NCBI RefSeq assembly: GCF_006345805.1
Contig: NW_021828049.1
Location: 1 to 35,955, forward strand
Direction of reading: 5' to 3'
DNA: 35,955 nt
From: Octopus sinensis
Lineage: Eukaryota
Shown piece by piece: positions 12,079-23,490 of this stretch. A program made the position numbers and the translations under genes. The notes beneath the pieces were generated by a model. It was not told the origin of the DNA. It searched no databases and worked only from the letters and a program-made list of their open reading frames with translations. The stretch's first letter is position 1; each line of letters opens with the position of its first letter.

Positions 12079-13490
12079 TGTTTCTTTATTAGCCACACAG
12101 GGCAGCACACAGATAGAACAAATTACAAGGTAGAGCTTTTCTTTTGAAGGTTAAAAAAAAAAAGGAAGGGGGGAGTTTCGATCAAAAGGGATCGTAAAAG
12201 GAGAGAAAGAGGACAAAAAAGGGGGTTAAAAAAGGGGGAGAGGGAAAAAAAAAAGAAAAGAAATTGATCAATAGGGATCGTTATCACAGGAATGTCAATA
12301 TGAAGTGTAAAGGGGAGGACAGGTAAGGTTTACCCGTGGAAAGAAAAGCCTACGGAAAAGACCACGGTAACCTCGGTCAATGAAGTCACATGTTATATTT
12401 CTTTTTTTTTTTTTTGCAAATAAGCAACTCTCTGTTTTCAATTTCTGGGTTCATAGGATTATGCTCAATGTGGCTTCGTCATTCATACGTGCCATTCTTG
12501 CTATATTCACCCATCTTTTTTTAAAACATTCGCTAGACAAAACTTGCCTCTCTACTCTCACTTTCCTTTTCAAGTGGTACTTGAAGAAGTTGATGAGAGA
12601 TTGACCAGAGAGGAAAGTGTTTGTCTCCAATCCTTTCAGACGCGTCCACCACAGATACATTCTTCGCCATAGCCACAAGGATGATGAAAATAGCTCTTCC
12701 TTCCCGTTTGAAGGAAGGAGGCGTGACAATATTGACGATAGACTCAGCTGATAAACCGACTCGTCCCACACGTGACAGCAGTTGTTCGACATAAGCCCAC
12801 AGGTCGGAAATTGTTGGACACTGCACGAGTGCGTGCAGAACGGTTTCGTCGCTCTGACCGCATCTCGGGCAGGTCGGCCCCGTGTTTCTCGAGCCGTGTC
12901 TGTAGAGCTTATCCCGAACGGGTAGCGCTTCTCGGTAGCACTGCCAGGCCAGGGATCTCTGGAAGTTGTCCATGGGCCCTGTCCCGAAAGTCGTCCTGAA
13001 CAGGCGGGTCAGGTACTCCTCGTCGACGTCCAGGTTCGTCCCGAGCTCGTCGTCGTACCTCCCCTCCACTACACCCTATAGAATGCTTTGGTTGTGTGAA
13101 GTCACTCAAGGTCGACCCAGGACGGCAGAGTTGCTTGAGAGCAACGCGACACTCGCGGTGCCATTCGCCCTTCCTCGGCCTCTTTTTGATCCACGACTGC
13201 AGTTCGGTCATGGAGACGAGCTGCGGGAATGCGTGCCTCACAAACGGCGACCACACCTGTTCACCGTCGTCTACATAGAGCCAGAGATGTCGCAGTCTCA
13301 GCGCGTGTCTGCGCATCATCAACCACGGCATGCTCAGCCCTCCTTTTAACGGGTGTTGACAGCAAATGGATCGCCTGACCATCGGGACGCATCCTTTCCA
13401 CAAGAAGCGAAAGAGAATGCGTTGTAGTTTGGTGATGGTAGGGTCGGGACAAGGTACGACGGTCAGGCGGTAGTAGATGACGGACGCGAT
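12079..13490 (-). mobile_element. 5'-truncated L1/Tx1-clade LINE: post-RT region, CCHC zinc knuckle and 3' UTR
   Basis: KLQRILFRFLWKG..KGGLSMP (13490-13300); WQCYREALPV..TCPRCGQSDETVLHALVQCP (ORF 12533-13069); C-terminal WWTR..FKKRW (ORF 12451-12792); frameshifts near 13075 and 12655; AATAAA at 12090-12085. Confidence 0.93.
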
Positions 13491-13507
13491 GATAGATAGA
13501 TAGATAA

Positions 13508-13552
<45 letters not shown>
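13491..13552. repeat. (GATA)n microsatellite, right flank of the Tx1-like LINE
   Basis: Direct reading; same strand phase as the left flank. Confidence 0.95.
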
Positions 13553-13553
<1 letters not shown>

Positions 13554-15184
13554 GGATAATGGCGATTGTAATGATGGTAGTTGTTACATAGATATGTATA
13601 TATTTATCATTGTGTGCTTGTGCGCGTGTATATGTCTGAGTAGATGTGTTTGTATGTGTGTGTGTATGTGTGAGCGTGTGTATGTGTGTGTGCGTGCGTG
13701 CGTGAGTGAGAGAGTGTATAGGTGTAGATTAGGTAATTAGGTAGGTCGGTCGGTCGGTCGGTCGGTCGGTAGGTTAGACAGTCTGGTGATAACACGCAGT
13801 TAAGTATTGCTATTAGAAATTTCAACTTGATGCGTTATCTTTGCAAAATATATTCAGCTGTCGGTTAGAATATACGCGACAACAAGTTTGTAATAAAATT
13901 TAGCACGTGCTAGAGGTTCCCGACACAGTTTCTAATACCCTGTTCCTTGTTAGTTCTGTTCTTGAAAGAATCCTCTTATCTTGTTTGTCTAAATCTTCGA
14001 GAACTTGAAATAAATATTGGTTTCGTTTCGCTATATATTTTCAATGTTTTAAGAAATTTGTTTTCGTGAGGGTGGGGAGTGACAAGCTCGGTTTTTATAT
14101 TGCAAAAGATTATTTGAATTTTTTTTTATTTCATTTTATTTTATTCATTTATTTTTTTGTGCAGAGTATTTCTGGGTGGAATAAATAGAATAAGTTATAT
14201 AAAATAACTTTTGTGTACACACATATTCTCTCTCTCTCTCTCTTTCTCTTTTTCTATCTATCTATTTATCTATCTCTTTCTCTCTCTCTCTCTCTCTCTA
14301 TTTATCTACCTCTCTTGTTCCCCCTCTCTCTCTCTCTCTCGTGCGCGCACAGACACATACAAACACTCACACACACATACACACACACACACGCACACAC
14401 ACAAACACACGCACAGACATTCACACGTATAAACATACGCACGCAAACTCTCAAAGAAACTGATAGACCGACAAACTCACACACACAAAGATACAAATAC
14501 AGATACTTATACACACATGTACACTCATACGCGCACAGACGCACATAGACACACATGCACACACACACACACACCACACACACACACACACACACCACAC
14601 ATAGACACGCATACATACGCACAAACACACACACACACGCACAATCACACATAGACACTTAGACACAAATACTCACAAATACACACAAAAACACACACAC
14701 ACACATAGACACGCATACATACGCACAAACACACACACACACGCACAATCACACATAGACACTTAGACACAAATACTCACAAATACACACAAACAAACAC
14801 ACACACACACATATATATATACACGCACAGACGTGCCTGTGCACGGATGGGCGATGTATCGCGAGAGACGTTTAAGCCATGTCGACATTACGTAGCATTA
14901 CTTAATCCGAATCTGTGGGTTCTGTAAGGAAGGCCTGCGACAACATTAGTGCCAAGCTGCATCGATGGTACGAAGTTGGAAGACATACACGCATGGACAG
15001 CAGCTGCTAATTTCTCTCTTTCTCTCTTTCTCTCTCTCTCTCTCTTTCCTTTTTAACTTCACAGATAAATCCCTCCAAACTGCGAAATGGCGAAGAATTT
15101 TCTGAAAGCAAATATTTAACAAACCTAAAATGACCACGGTCGTTATGGCCATTTTATATATACGTACATTTTATATATACATAT

Positions 15185-16285
15185 AGGCGCAGGAGTGGCT
15201 GTGTGGTAAGTAGCTTGCTAACCAACCACATGGTTCCGGGTTCAGTCCCACTGCGTGGCATCTTGGGCAAGTGTCTTCTGCTATAGCCCCGGGCCGACCA
15301 ATGCCTTGTGAGTGGATTTGGTAGACGGAAACTGAAAGAAGCCTGTCGTATATATATGTATATATATATGTATGTGTGTTTGTGTGTCTGTGTTTGTTCC
15401 CCTAGCATTGCTTGACAACCAATGCTGGTGTGTTTATTCCCCGTCACTTAGCGGTTCGGCAAAAAGAGACCGATAGAATAAGTACTGGGCTTACAAAAAG
15501 AATAAGTCCCGGGGTCGAGTTGCTCGACTAAAGGCGGTGCTCCAGCATGGCCGCAGTCAAATGACTGAAACAAGTAAAAAAAAAAGAGATACATACATAT
15601 ATACACACGTATAACTGGGCACGTCACACGCGCACACACGCAAACACACACCTGTATATGTAGATGTGTAGTTAGAAGTTTTCTTCCCAACCACACGGTT
15701 CCCAGTTCAGTCCCACTATATGGCACCTTGGGCAAGTATCTTCCACTAAAGCCGTGGGGTGAACAAATCCTTGTGACTGCATAATGGTACACGGAAACTG
15801 AAAGAAGCCTGTCGTACATATGTGTATATATGTGTGTGTGTGCGTCTTTGTATCTGTGTTCCTCCCCTACCACCACTTGACAACCGGTGCTATCGCGTTT
15901 ACGTCCCCGTAACCTAGCGGTTCGTCATAAAGGACCAATAGAATAGCTACCAGGCTTATAAAAAGTAAGTTAAGGGTTCGACACATTCGACTAAAAGATT
16001 CTTCAAGATGGTGCCCCAGCATGGTCGCAGTCTAATGATTGAAACAAGTAAATGATAGAATCTATAAAACCTAATAATTTTACGATTTTTATTTTATTTT
16101 AGTTTATAGGCGCAGGAGTGGCTGTGTGGTAAGTAGCTTGCTAACCAACCTCATGGTTCCGGGTTCAGTCCCACTGCGTGGCATCTTGGGCAAGTGTCTT
16201 CTGCTATAGCCCCGTGCCGACCAATGCCTTGTGGGTGGATTTGGTAGACGGAAACTGAAAGAAGCCCGTCTTATATATGTATATT

Positions 16286-16316
<31 letters not shown>

Positions 16317-16523
16317 GTGTGTCTGTGTTTGTCCCCCTAGCATTGCTTGACAACCGATGCTGGTGTGTTTATGTCCCCGTTACTTAGCGGTTCGGCAAAA
16401 GAGACCGATAGAATAAGTACTGGGCTTACAAAAAGAATAAGTCCCGGGGTCGAGTTGCTCGATTAAAGGCGGTGCTCCAGCATGGCCACAGTCAAATGAC
16501 TGAAGCAAGAAACAAGTAAAAGA
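15185..16523 (+). mobile_element. Three tandem SINE type A copies (15185-15588; diverged 15660-16060; 16108-16523)
   Basis: Same head, body and tail as 5107-5580; copies 1 and 3 share variants absent from the 5107 copy. Confidence 0.9.
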
Positions 16524-16776
16524 GTATTTATATATTTTTGTTTCACGTATTTTCCCGCTAAAACAACTAACAACCAGCCTTAAAACCACACACACACACA
16601 CACACACACCACACACATACACACACACATGCACACACACACATGCACACACACACACACACATGCACACACACATAAATATACACGTTAGGACTTGTGC
16701 AATTCTTTCTCTTGTTACTGCAAACAGTCACAAGGCGAAACTCGATTCGGCTTCATTCGTGTTCGTTTATACTAAC

Positions 16777-16905
16777 CATCACGGAACTTAGCACCGGGTT
16801 CCACGCTGAAGTATTTTCTACTTAGGAACAAACCTATACTCCCATGTAGAGTGCTCCCTTGTGTCGGCCACTTAATAAACATCCAGTCAGCATTAGTGAA
16901 ACATG
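16777..16905 (-). CDS. Candidate internal exon (129 nt, phase 1-1) of the MATH/TRAF-like gene: CFTNADWMFIKWPTQGSTLHGSIGLFLSRKYFSVEPGAKFRD
   Basis: Acceptor ctatttgctgtttcag, donor G|gttagt, open across its whole length; F..PT......G...F........F/Y..DD spacing resembles the TRAF C-terminal segment SFKKPTGEMNIASGCPVF..YIKDD. Confidence 0.65.
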
Positions 16906-17012
16906 CTGAAACAGCAAATAGGTCTAATTATAAACATACATGATTACAAAAGATTGTCTCAGATGTTTCAATTTTTGAATACACCACGTTAACTAAATAT
17001 TACGAGGTGCGC

Positions 17013-17047
17013 TCTTCTTCTTCTTCTTCTTCTTCTTCTTCTTCTTC

Positions 17048-17080
<33 letters not shown>

Positions 17081-17329
17081 CAACAACAACAATAATAATA
17101 ACAACAACAACAACAACAACAACAATAATAATAACAACAACAACAATAATGATAATAATAATAACAACAAAAACAACAACAATAATAATAACAACAACAA
17201 TAATAATAATAATTACAAAAACAACAATAATAACAACAACCATAATGAAATAATAATAACAACAACAAACAAAAAATAATAAACCACAACAACAACAACA
17301 ACAACAACATAATAATAATAATAATAATA

Positions 17330-17360
<31 letters not shown>

Positions 17361-17432
17361 TTAATAATATTAAAATAATAATAAAACTAATAATAATAAT
17401 AATAATAATAATATAATAATAAAATAATAATA

Positions 17433-17471
<39 letters not shown>

Positions 17472-17480
17472 TAATAATGT
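17013..17480. repeat. Compound trinucleotide repeat: (CTT)n followed by interleaved (AAT)n/(AAC)n
   Basis: Direct reading; source of the poly-S/N/L ORFs. Confidence 0.95.
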
Positions 17481-17950
17481 CTTGGTATAAAAGGATGGGC
17501 TAACAGCAAATACTCTGCTCAATACCACAGATTTGCTTGTCGTTTGTTTGACCATAACCAGTTGAGCATGGCCCTTAGTGGCTGATGATCACGTGCAAGA
17601 GTAGTGGGGGAGCATCATGGCCGTGTGTTGAAAGGAATTTTTAGAGGTTTGGATGATTCACCTTTGGAAACATGATTGTTTTTTTCAACGTCCTTAAACA
17701 ACCATTATTCAGGGACCTTTTGAGTGGGATGGGTTACTCGACCTGAAGAAAATTCTAACTGGGCCCCACCTGCAAGGTCATGCGCTGTTTATCTTGATAT
17801 AAAAATCACCATATCACTCACATGTGGTTGTGATGCATGTAACTGGTGTACCCTTATCAGACGGGTCGACATGATGGGCATACTGGGCTTCGTATATTTC
17901 ACCCTAGAGTCATGTTGATGGCATGCACTGCTCTCTCACATAATAATAAT
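17481..17950 (+). mobile_element. Probable retroelement 3' UTR fragment ending in (AAT)n
   Basis: Ends gcatgcactgctctctcacataataataat; the family is recalled as a dispersed octopus repeat and has not been verified. Confidence 0.4.
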
Positions 17951-18350
17951 TGCCTGAACTTTTGGCACAAGGCCAGCAATTGTGAGGGAAGGGGACAAGT
18001 CGATTATATTGACTCCAGTGTTCAACTGCTACTTATTTCATCGATCCCAGAACGATGAATGTCAAGGTCGACCTCAGCGGAATTTGAATTAAAAGACGGG
18101 CGAAACGTCGCTAAGCATTTTGTCCGACATGCTAACAATTATGCCAACTCACCACCTTTATGATAATCCTTTCTATTATGGACACAAGGCTTGAAATTTT
18201 GGAGGAAAGGGCTAGACAATTACAGCGACCCCAGTGCTTCGCTAGTATTCATTTTATCGACTCCGCAAGAATGAAAACTAAATTAATCCCGGCGGCATTT
18301 GAACTCAGAACGTTATGCCTGAAGAACTACTGCACATATTTGTCCTGTAT
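17950..18350 (-). mobile_element. Tandem pair of diverged SINE type B copies with two different 3' tails
   Basis: Both contain gtcgacctc..ggaatttgaa/gaactcagaacg; tails ttttggcacaaggccagcaatt and tttctattatggacacaaggcttgaaatt. Confidence 0.75.
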
Positions 18351-18653
18351 TACTATCAATTTAAGATCAATAATCTTCCAGTGCGAACAAAAAATTTCCA
18401 ATCATTCGAGGGCAATTGTGTTTATATTAAATAGACCGCGTTAAGAAAAGATTAGCCCGACCAGCTTTTCTAAAAAAAAAGAATAAAAATACAAATATGA
18501 AAATAATATCAAATATTATCAAATATTATTTCAAGAATAAATTATGTTTACAAAAGCAAGGTTTTCCAATTATTCAATGATTGTTTCAGTTAATCTGAAA
18601 TATAAAAATCTAATGGGTACGCCTGCAGCTTCAATAAAATATGTAACCAAAAT

Positions 18654-19041
18654 GGATGGAAGCACTCCGTCGGTTACGACGACGAGGGTTCCGGTTGATC
18701 CGAATCAACGGAACAGCCTGCTCGTGAAATTAACGTGTAAGTGGCTGAGCACTCCACAGACACGTGTACCCTTAACGTAGTTCTCGGGGATATTCAGCGT
18801 GACACAGAGAGTGACAAGACCGGCCCTTTGAAATACAGGTACAACAGAAACAGGAAGTAAGAGTGAGAGAAAGTTGTGGTGAAAGAGTACAGCAGGGATC
18901 ACCACCATCCCCTGCCGGAATCTCGTGGAGCTTTAGGTGTTTTCGCGCAATAAACACTCACAACGCCCGGTCTGGGAATCGAAACCGCGATCCTATGACC
19001 GCGAGTCCGCTGCCCTAACCACTGGGCCATTGCGCCTCCAC
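18654..19041 (-). mobile_element. Full-length tRNA(Arg-like)-derived SINE type C with an 11-bp TSD
   Basis: Head TGGAGGCGCAATGGCCCAGTGGTTAGGGC..GGTTTCGATTCCC; TSD gtaaccaaaat at 18643-18653 and 19042-19052. Confidence 0.9.
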
Positions 19042-19089
19042 GTAACCAAAATATAAAGATGGGAAAACGCAATAACTTATTTGGTAAAG

Positions 19090-19660
19090 CTCACAAGCCT
19101 TTATCACAGCATCAACCGGACCATCAAATCCTGTTGCACATCGCTGATTAAAATACGCTCCCAATTCTATTTCGTTTGCGCTATTATTTTCCATCTAAAT
19201 TCAAATTGCTTAACAACTAAATCGTCTTTCCATCGTCGTGGAGGCCTTCCTAATGGCATTTTCTGCTGTCTTAGATACCATTTCTTTACTACCCACAAGG
19301 GGCTAAACACAGAGGGAACAAACAAGGACAGACAAACGGATTAAGTCGATTATATCGACCCCAGTGCGTAACTGGTGCTTATTTAATCGACCCCGAAAGG
19401 ATGATAGGCAAAGTCGACCTCGGCGGAATTTGAACTCAGAACGTAGCGGCAGACGAAATAACGCTCAGCATTTCGCCTGGCGTGCTAACGTTTCTGCCAG
19501 CTCGCCGCCTTTAGATACCACTTAGATACCACTTAGTGCTGTTTTAGATACCACTTAGCAATTGTTCGAGTCCACCTGTTATCTGTGAACCTTGCTACAT
19601 GTCCGGCCTAGATGAATATGTGCTTTCGGTACGCTGTGATTACATCATTCACGCCACTCC
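19090..19660 (-). mobile_element. RTE-clade LINE 3' relic, split by a SINE
   Basis: AGHVARFTDNRWTRTIAKWY (about 19610-19545) and LGRPPRRWKDD (about 19255-19220). Confidence 0.85.
19281..19510 (-). mobile_element. SINE type B with a third tail variant and a 10-bp TSD
   Basis: TSD ttagatacca at 19271-19280 and 19511-19520. Confidence 0.88.
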
Positions 19661-20134
19661 GTTTTCAAATTATTTCATTTCGTATATGCATTCTTAATGA
19701 TATTCCTAGCTTTTATAGAATAAATAAATCGCTCTAACAGCGATTTATATTTAATTTTATAGCTAATAGCTGCAATAAAAACTAAATTCAATTTCTTGAA
19801 TCGAATCAAGAAAAACGATGTATGAAATAGCTTCGTAGCTAAAAATTACTAACAAAATTAGGTTCTTAACACCGAAACAACCTTACTTTGTAAAGATGAT
19901 CAGGATAATTTTACCCATCCAGAACTAGCCCCCTATGCAAACTTATTCAGCATTAAGCTCCACCTGCCCTTGCAACTAGGTGGAGCAACATTCTAAATAT
20001 TTATACAGTAGTTCATTTTTATCATAAACTAGCTTAAAAGCCGCACACATTTTGTGAACTCAAAGGTTAGTGCCTTTCGACTTTCTAAAAAGATTCTTTT
20101 CTCAATCTTAACTCTGAGAAAGAAAATCTTCTCT

Positions 20135-20169
<35 letters not shown>

Positions 20170-20174
<5 letters not shown>

Positions 20175-20700
20175 GATAAAACCATTAAAATTAATGAACT
20201 TTATCAGTGGCCAGCATATAAAAAAATAACATTTCAGGTAAAATTCATGTATAAAAGTATGCTGAAAGTAGACGCCAAATGTTTCTAGCCGCCCAAATTC
20301 TTCATTTACAATATACATTGGTTGAAAGCGGGAAAGCAGACTGATTTAAAATTTTAAAATTAATTAGGTATTTTTGAAGTAATCAATTTTTGGATTACTT
20401 TAATAACTTTTCCTTCATCAACAAAATATACCGAGTAAAATAAATGAAAATATTTATACATATCCGCAGGAAAGTATACGCAAAATGCGTGTACATGAAA
20501 ATATTCACAAATATTTACGCATTGAATTTCGTTGTTCACCTTAACACGTGTATTTGGTCAGAATAGTACATAACAATAACTAAATTGTCCCGAAGTGAAT
20601 GGGTTATATTTAAACATAATTAAAGGATAAAATCCTTAAATTTAATGAATTCTATCAGTGGCCAGACTACTTTCAGCATATAGGCATGGTTGCTTCTGTG
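20170..20700 (-). mobile_element. Probable Penelope-like terminal-repeat relic with internal rearranged duplication
   Basis: aaaggataaaa..tatcagtggccag occurs at 20171 and 20622; ctactttcagcata at about 20667 is the inverse of the sequence at about 20258; VDEG-like motif on the minus strand near 20420. Confidence 0.4.
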
Positions 20701-20856
20701 CCTTTAATTATTATTGTATATACAATTATATACCTCTCTATATATGTGTGTGTATATATATACATATACATAATTATTATTTGAGGGAAAAAATCCAAAC
20801 TTACAAGGAAAAAGAATTCAATTTAAAAATACTAAATCAAATTCCACACAATATAA

Positions 20857-21174
20857 TATATATATAAAATATTAGAAAAAAACACCTTTATCAATTCAAA
20901 ATGAATAATTAAATTACACCATCTAGAAAATAACATATAATAGAAAAGTTAAAATTAAAATAACAATTAAAATGTAAAGATTAAGTAAATTACAAAAATA
21001 ATATGTATATAATAGGTATTATATACATTATATTATTTTTGTAATTTACTTAATCTTTACATTTTAATTGTTATTTTAATTTTAACTTTTCTATTATATT
21101 TTCTAGATGGTGTAATTTAATTATACATTTTGAATTGATAAAAGGTGTTTTTTTTTCTAATATTTTATATATAT
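20857..21174. repeat. Near-perfect approximately 315 bp AT-rich palindrome with a 2-nt loop
   Basis: atgtatataata-gg-tattatatacat at the centre (loop 21015-21016); arms pair out to 20857/21174 with a few indels. Confidence 0.92.
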
Positions 21175-21302
21175 ATAATATATACATACACACACCGCAC
21201 ATTTATATCTACACATATACATACACTATATATCAATATACATACATACATACATACATACATACATACATACATACATACATACATACATACATACATA
21301 CA

Positions 21303-21336
<34 letters not shown>

Positions 21337-21479
21337 GATATAAAGAGAGAATGAGAGAAAGAGAGGTAGTTTCTGCCTGTGTGAGAACAACAAAAGGACG
21401 ATTAGGAACTGAGGAATTGACACATGTTGAATAAAAAAAAATATAGGAAGACAATGGAAAATGTCTAAGAAATACATAC

Positions 21480-21580
21480 GCAGAATAATATTTTAATTGG
21501 AAGACTGGAAGGATCGATATTTTGTAGTAACACCAATGACGGTCAGTGAATATATGAGACTCAACTCCATTGTCCAATGT
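21480..21580 (-). CDS. Candidate internal exon (101 nt, phase 0-2) of the MATH/TRAF-like gene: TLDNGVESHIFTDRHWCYYKISILPVFQLKYYS
   Basis: Strong acceptor tttgtttttaatttatttcttag, donor GC|gtatgt; ES..F......YK.SI.P resembles the MATH motif YSPPFYT..GYK.C.R.Y. Confidence 0.6.
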
Positions 21581-21852
21581 CTAAGAAATAAATTAAAAAC
21601 AAAAGTAAAAGTACTTTGAAGAAAAGGTTTTTGTCAAAGATACGTAAATATGAAATAGAAAGTTTGGTAAATTGGTGAAGTACTTGTGTGTCTCGAAACG
21701 TAGCCAATTTCTTCGAAATTTCTTAAGTTTTAATTAATGTCATGCCGCTCGTTTTTCTTCATGTCATCCATAAAAACATCAACAGTTAGATTCCCCACAC
21801 CTCTCTCCCACTCTGTTTGGTTGCTTATCGAATTTTATATTTGTACATACGA

Positions 21853-21889
<37 letters not shown>

Positions 21890-22134
21890 AGCATATGCAT
21901 ACATATAGATACATAGATAGATATATGTACATATACGTGTTCTATATATTTGTGTGTGTTTATCTGTATGACAAAATTCTATGTAACTATATATAAATAA
22001 ATCTATAAAAGTATTAACTCTTTATATACAACTTTTTCTGTATATACACACTCTGGCTATCATTATTCACACTCGCTCTCTCTGTTTCTCTGTCCCGCTG
22101 TCTCCCTGTGTTTCTCTCCCACTATTTCTCTCAA

Positions 22135-22198
<64 letters not shown>

Positions 22199-22361
22199 AA
22201 TATATGTATATAGGCATGTATGGATATTTATACATAACTTTATAACATATCTGTATGTTTTCTTGTATACATACATATGTACATGTGTGTATATACGAAT
22301 GTGTGTGTGTGTGTGTGTAAATATGTATGCGTTATAACATATTCCTTCTTATTTTGGCAAT

Positions 22362-23490
22362 TTTAACGCCAACAATTTTAAAAGGTAAGGCATAGACTAA
22401 TTTAGCGACTCCAGTGCACAACTGCTACTCGTGTCATCGACCCGGAAAGGATAAAAAGTAAAATCGGTCTCGGTGAGATTTGCGCATAGAATAGAACGAG
22501 TCTGAAGAAGTGCAAGCGATTCTGCCAGTTTTGCCGCCTTACTGACAACCAAATGTTGGGTTCAAATATTAGCACAAGTCAAGCAATTTCGGGGGAGAGG
22601 ACTGGTCAATTACATCGACCCCAGTATTTCACAGGTACTTAATTTATCGACCTCTAAAGAATGAAAGCAAAGTGGACCTCAGTGGTATTTGAACTCAGAT
22701 TGAAAAACCCGACAAATGCCGCTAAGCATTCTTCTCTGCGCTAACGATTCTGCCAGTTCGCCGCCTTAAAGTGTTGAAAAAATATTCCTTTTTTCAATAG
22801 GCAAACGGTTTGAAATGTGATGCGGAGGGAACTGCTCGATTACATCGACCCCAGTGCATGACAGGTACATATTTTATTGATCACAGCGGAATTTGATCTC
22901 AGAACGTAAACACAAACGAACCATTATATATTTTGTCCAGCATGCAAATTGAGTTATGAAATATTCTGGTTTCTTACAGACAACAGACTTGAAATCATGT
23001 GGGAATTGGTAAGCCGACTGCATGGACCTCAGTATACAGCTGCTACTTGTTTTATGAAAATCGAAAGGATGACAGGTAAAGCCGACCTCGCCGGTCTCTA
23101 AACTCAGGTTGTAAAGACGGTCGAGATGCCGATATGCATTTTCCCGGTGCGCAAACGATTCTGCCAGCTCACTGTCTTAAAGTGTTATAGAATATTGGTT
23201 TCAAATTTTAGCTCAGGGCCAGCAATTTTCGGGAGTGTGTGTAAGTCGATTACAAAGACCTCAGTGCTCAAATGGTACTTCATATTATCGACCCCGAAAG
23301 GATGAAAAGCAAAATTAACCTTAGCGGAACTTGAACTCAGAACGTAATGATGGATGAATTACTGCAAGTTGCTGCTAAGCTTTTGCTCGGTCTGCTAACG
23401 ATTCTGCCAGCTCGCAACCTAAGAATGATGACGTATTGATTTCAAATTTTGACACAAGGACAGCAATTTCGGGGGTAAATCAATTACACA
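22362..23490 (-). mobile_element. Head-to-tail array of about 5.5 diverged SINE type B units (about 210 bp period)
   Basis: The head-end motif attctgccag(c/t)t.gccgcctt or a variant recurs at about 22520, 22750, 23160 and 23403; units start near 22362, 22555, 22780, 22960, 23190 and 23430. Confidence 0.8.

Noticed and set aside
13895-14003. Minus-strand open stretch LEDLDKQDKRILSRTELTRNRVLETVSGTSSTC* after an AAG acceptor
   Set aside because: No homology, weaker acceptor, and the 11549 exon completes the domain better.
14600-14790. Approximately 100-bp tandem duplication (a similar case at 28444/28607)
   Set aside because: Ordinary slippage within CA/TA-rich repeat.
14164-15130. Strong plus-strand acceptors at about 14164 and 15064
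   Set aside because: Polypyrimidine tracts come from simple repeats; no good donors, and stops follow quickly.
16989-17555. Poly-N/S/L/V ORFs
   Set aside because: Translations of trinucleotide microsatellite; no splice or start context.
18345-18469. Strong minus-strand acceptor with MATH-like words (ANLFL, NFLFALED)
   Set aside because: Stops in all three frames; stop density is as expected for random AT-rich DNA.
18950-19040. tRNA-like sequence (also 3040-3140 and the SINE-A/B heads)
   Set aside because: Continuous with SINE bodies and TSD-flanked; no proper acceptor stem, so not tRNA genes.
20085-20339. ORF containing ICWPL, phase-compatible with the missing exon
   Set aside because: Weak donor (gtttta), lies in a duplicated repeat relic, and matches MATH spacing poorly.
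22362-23490. CRISPR-like or prokaryotic repeat array
   Set aside because: Units are approximately 210-bp diverged SINEs without unique spacers; the window is eukaryotic.
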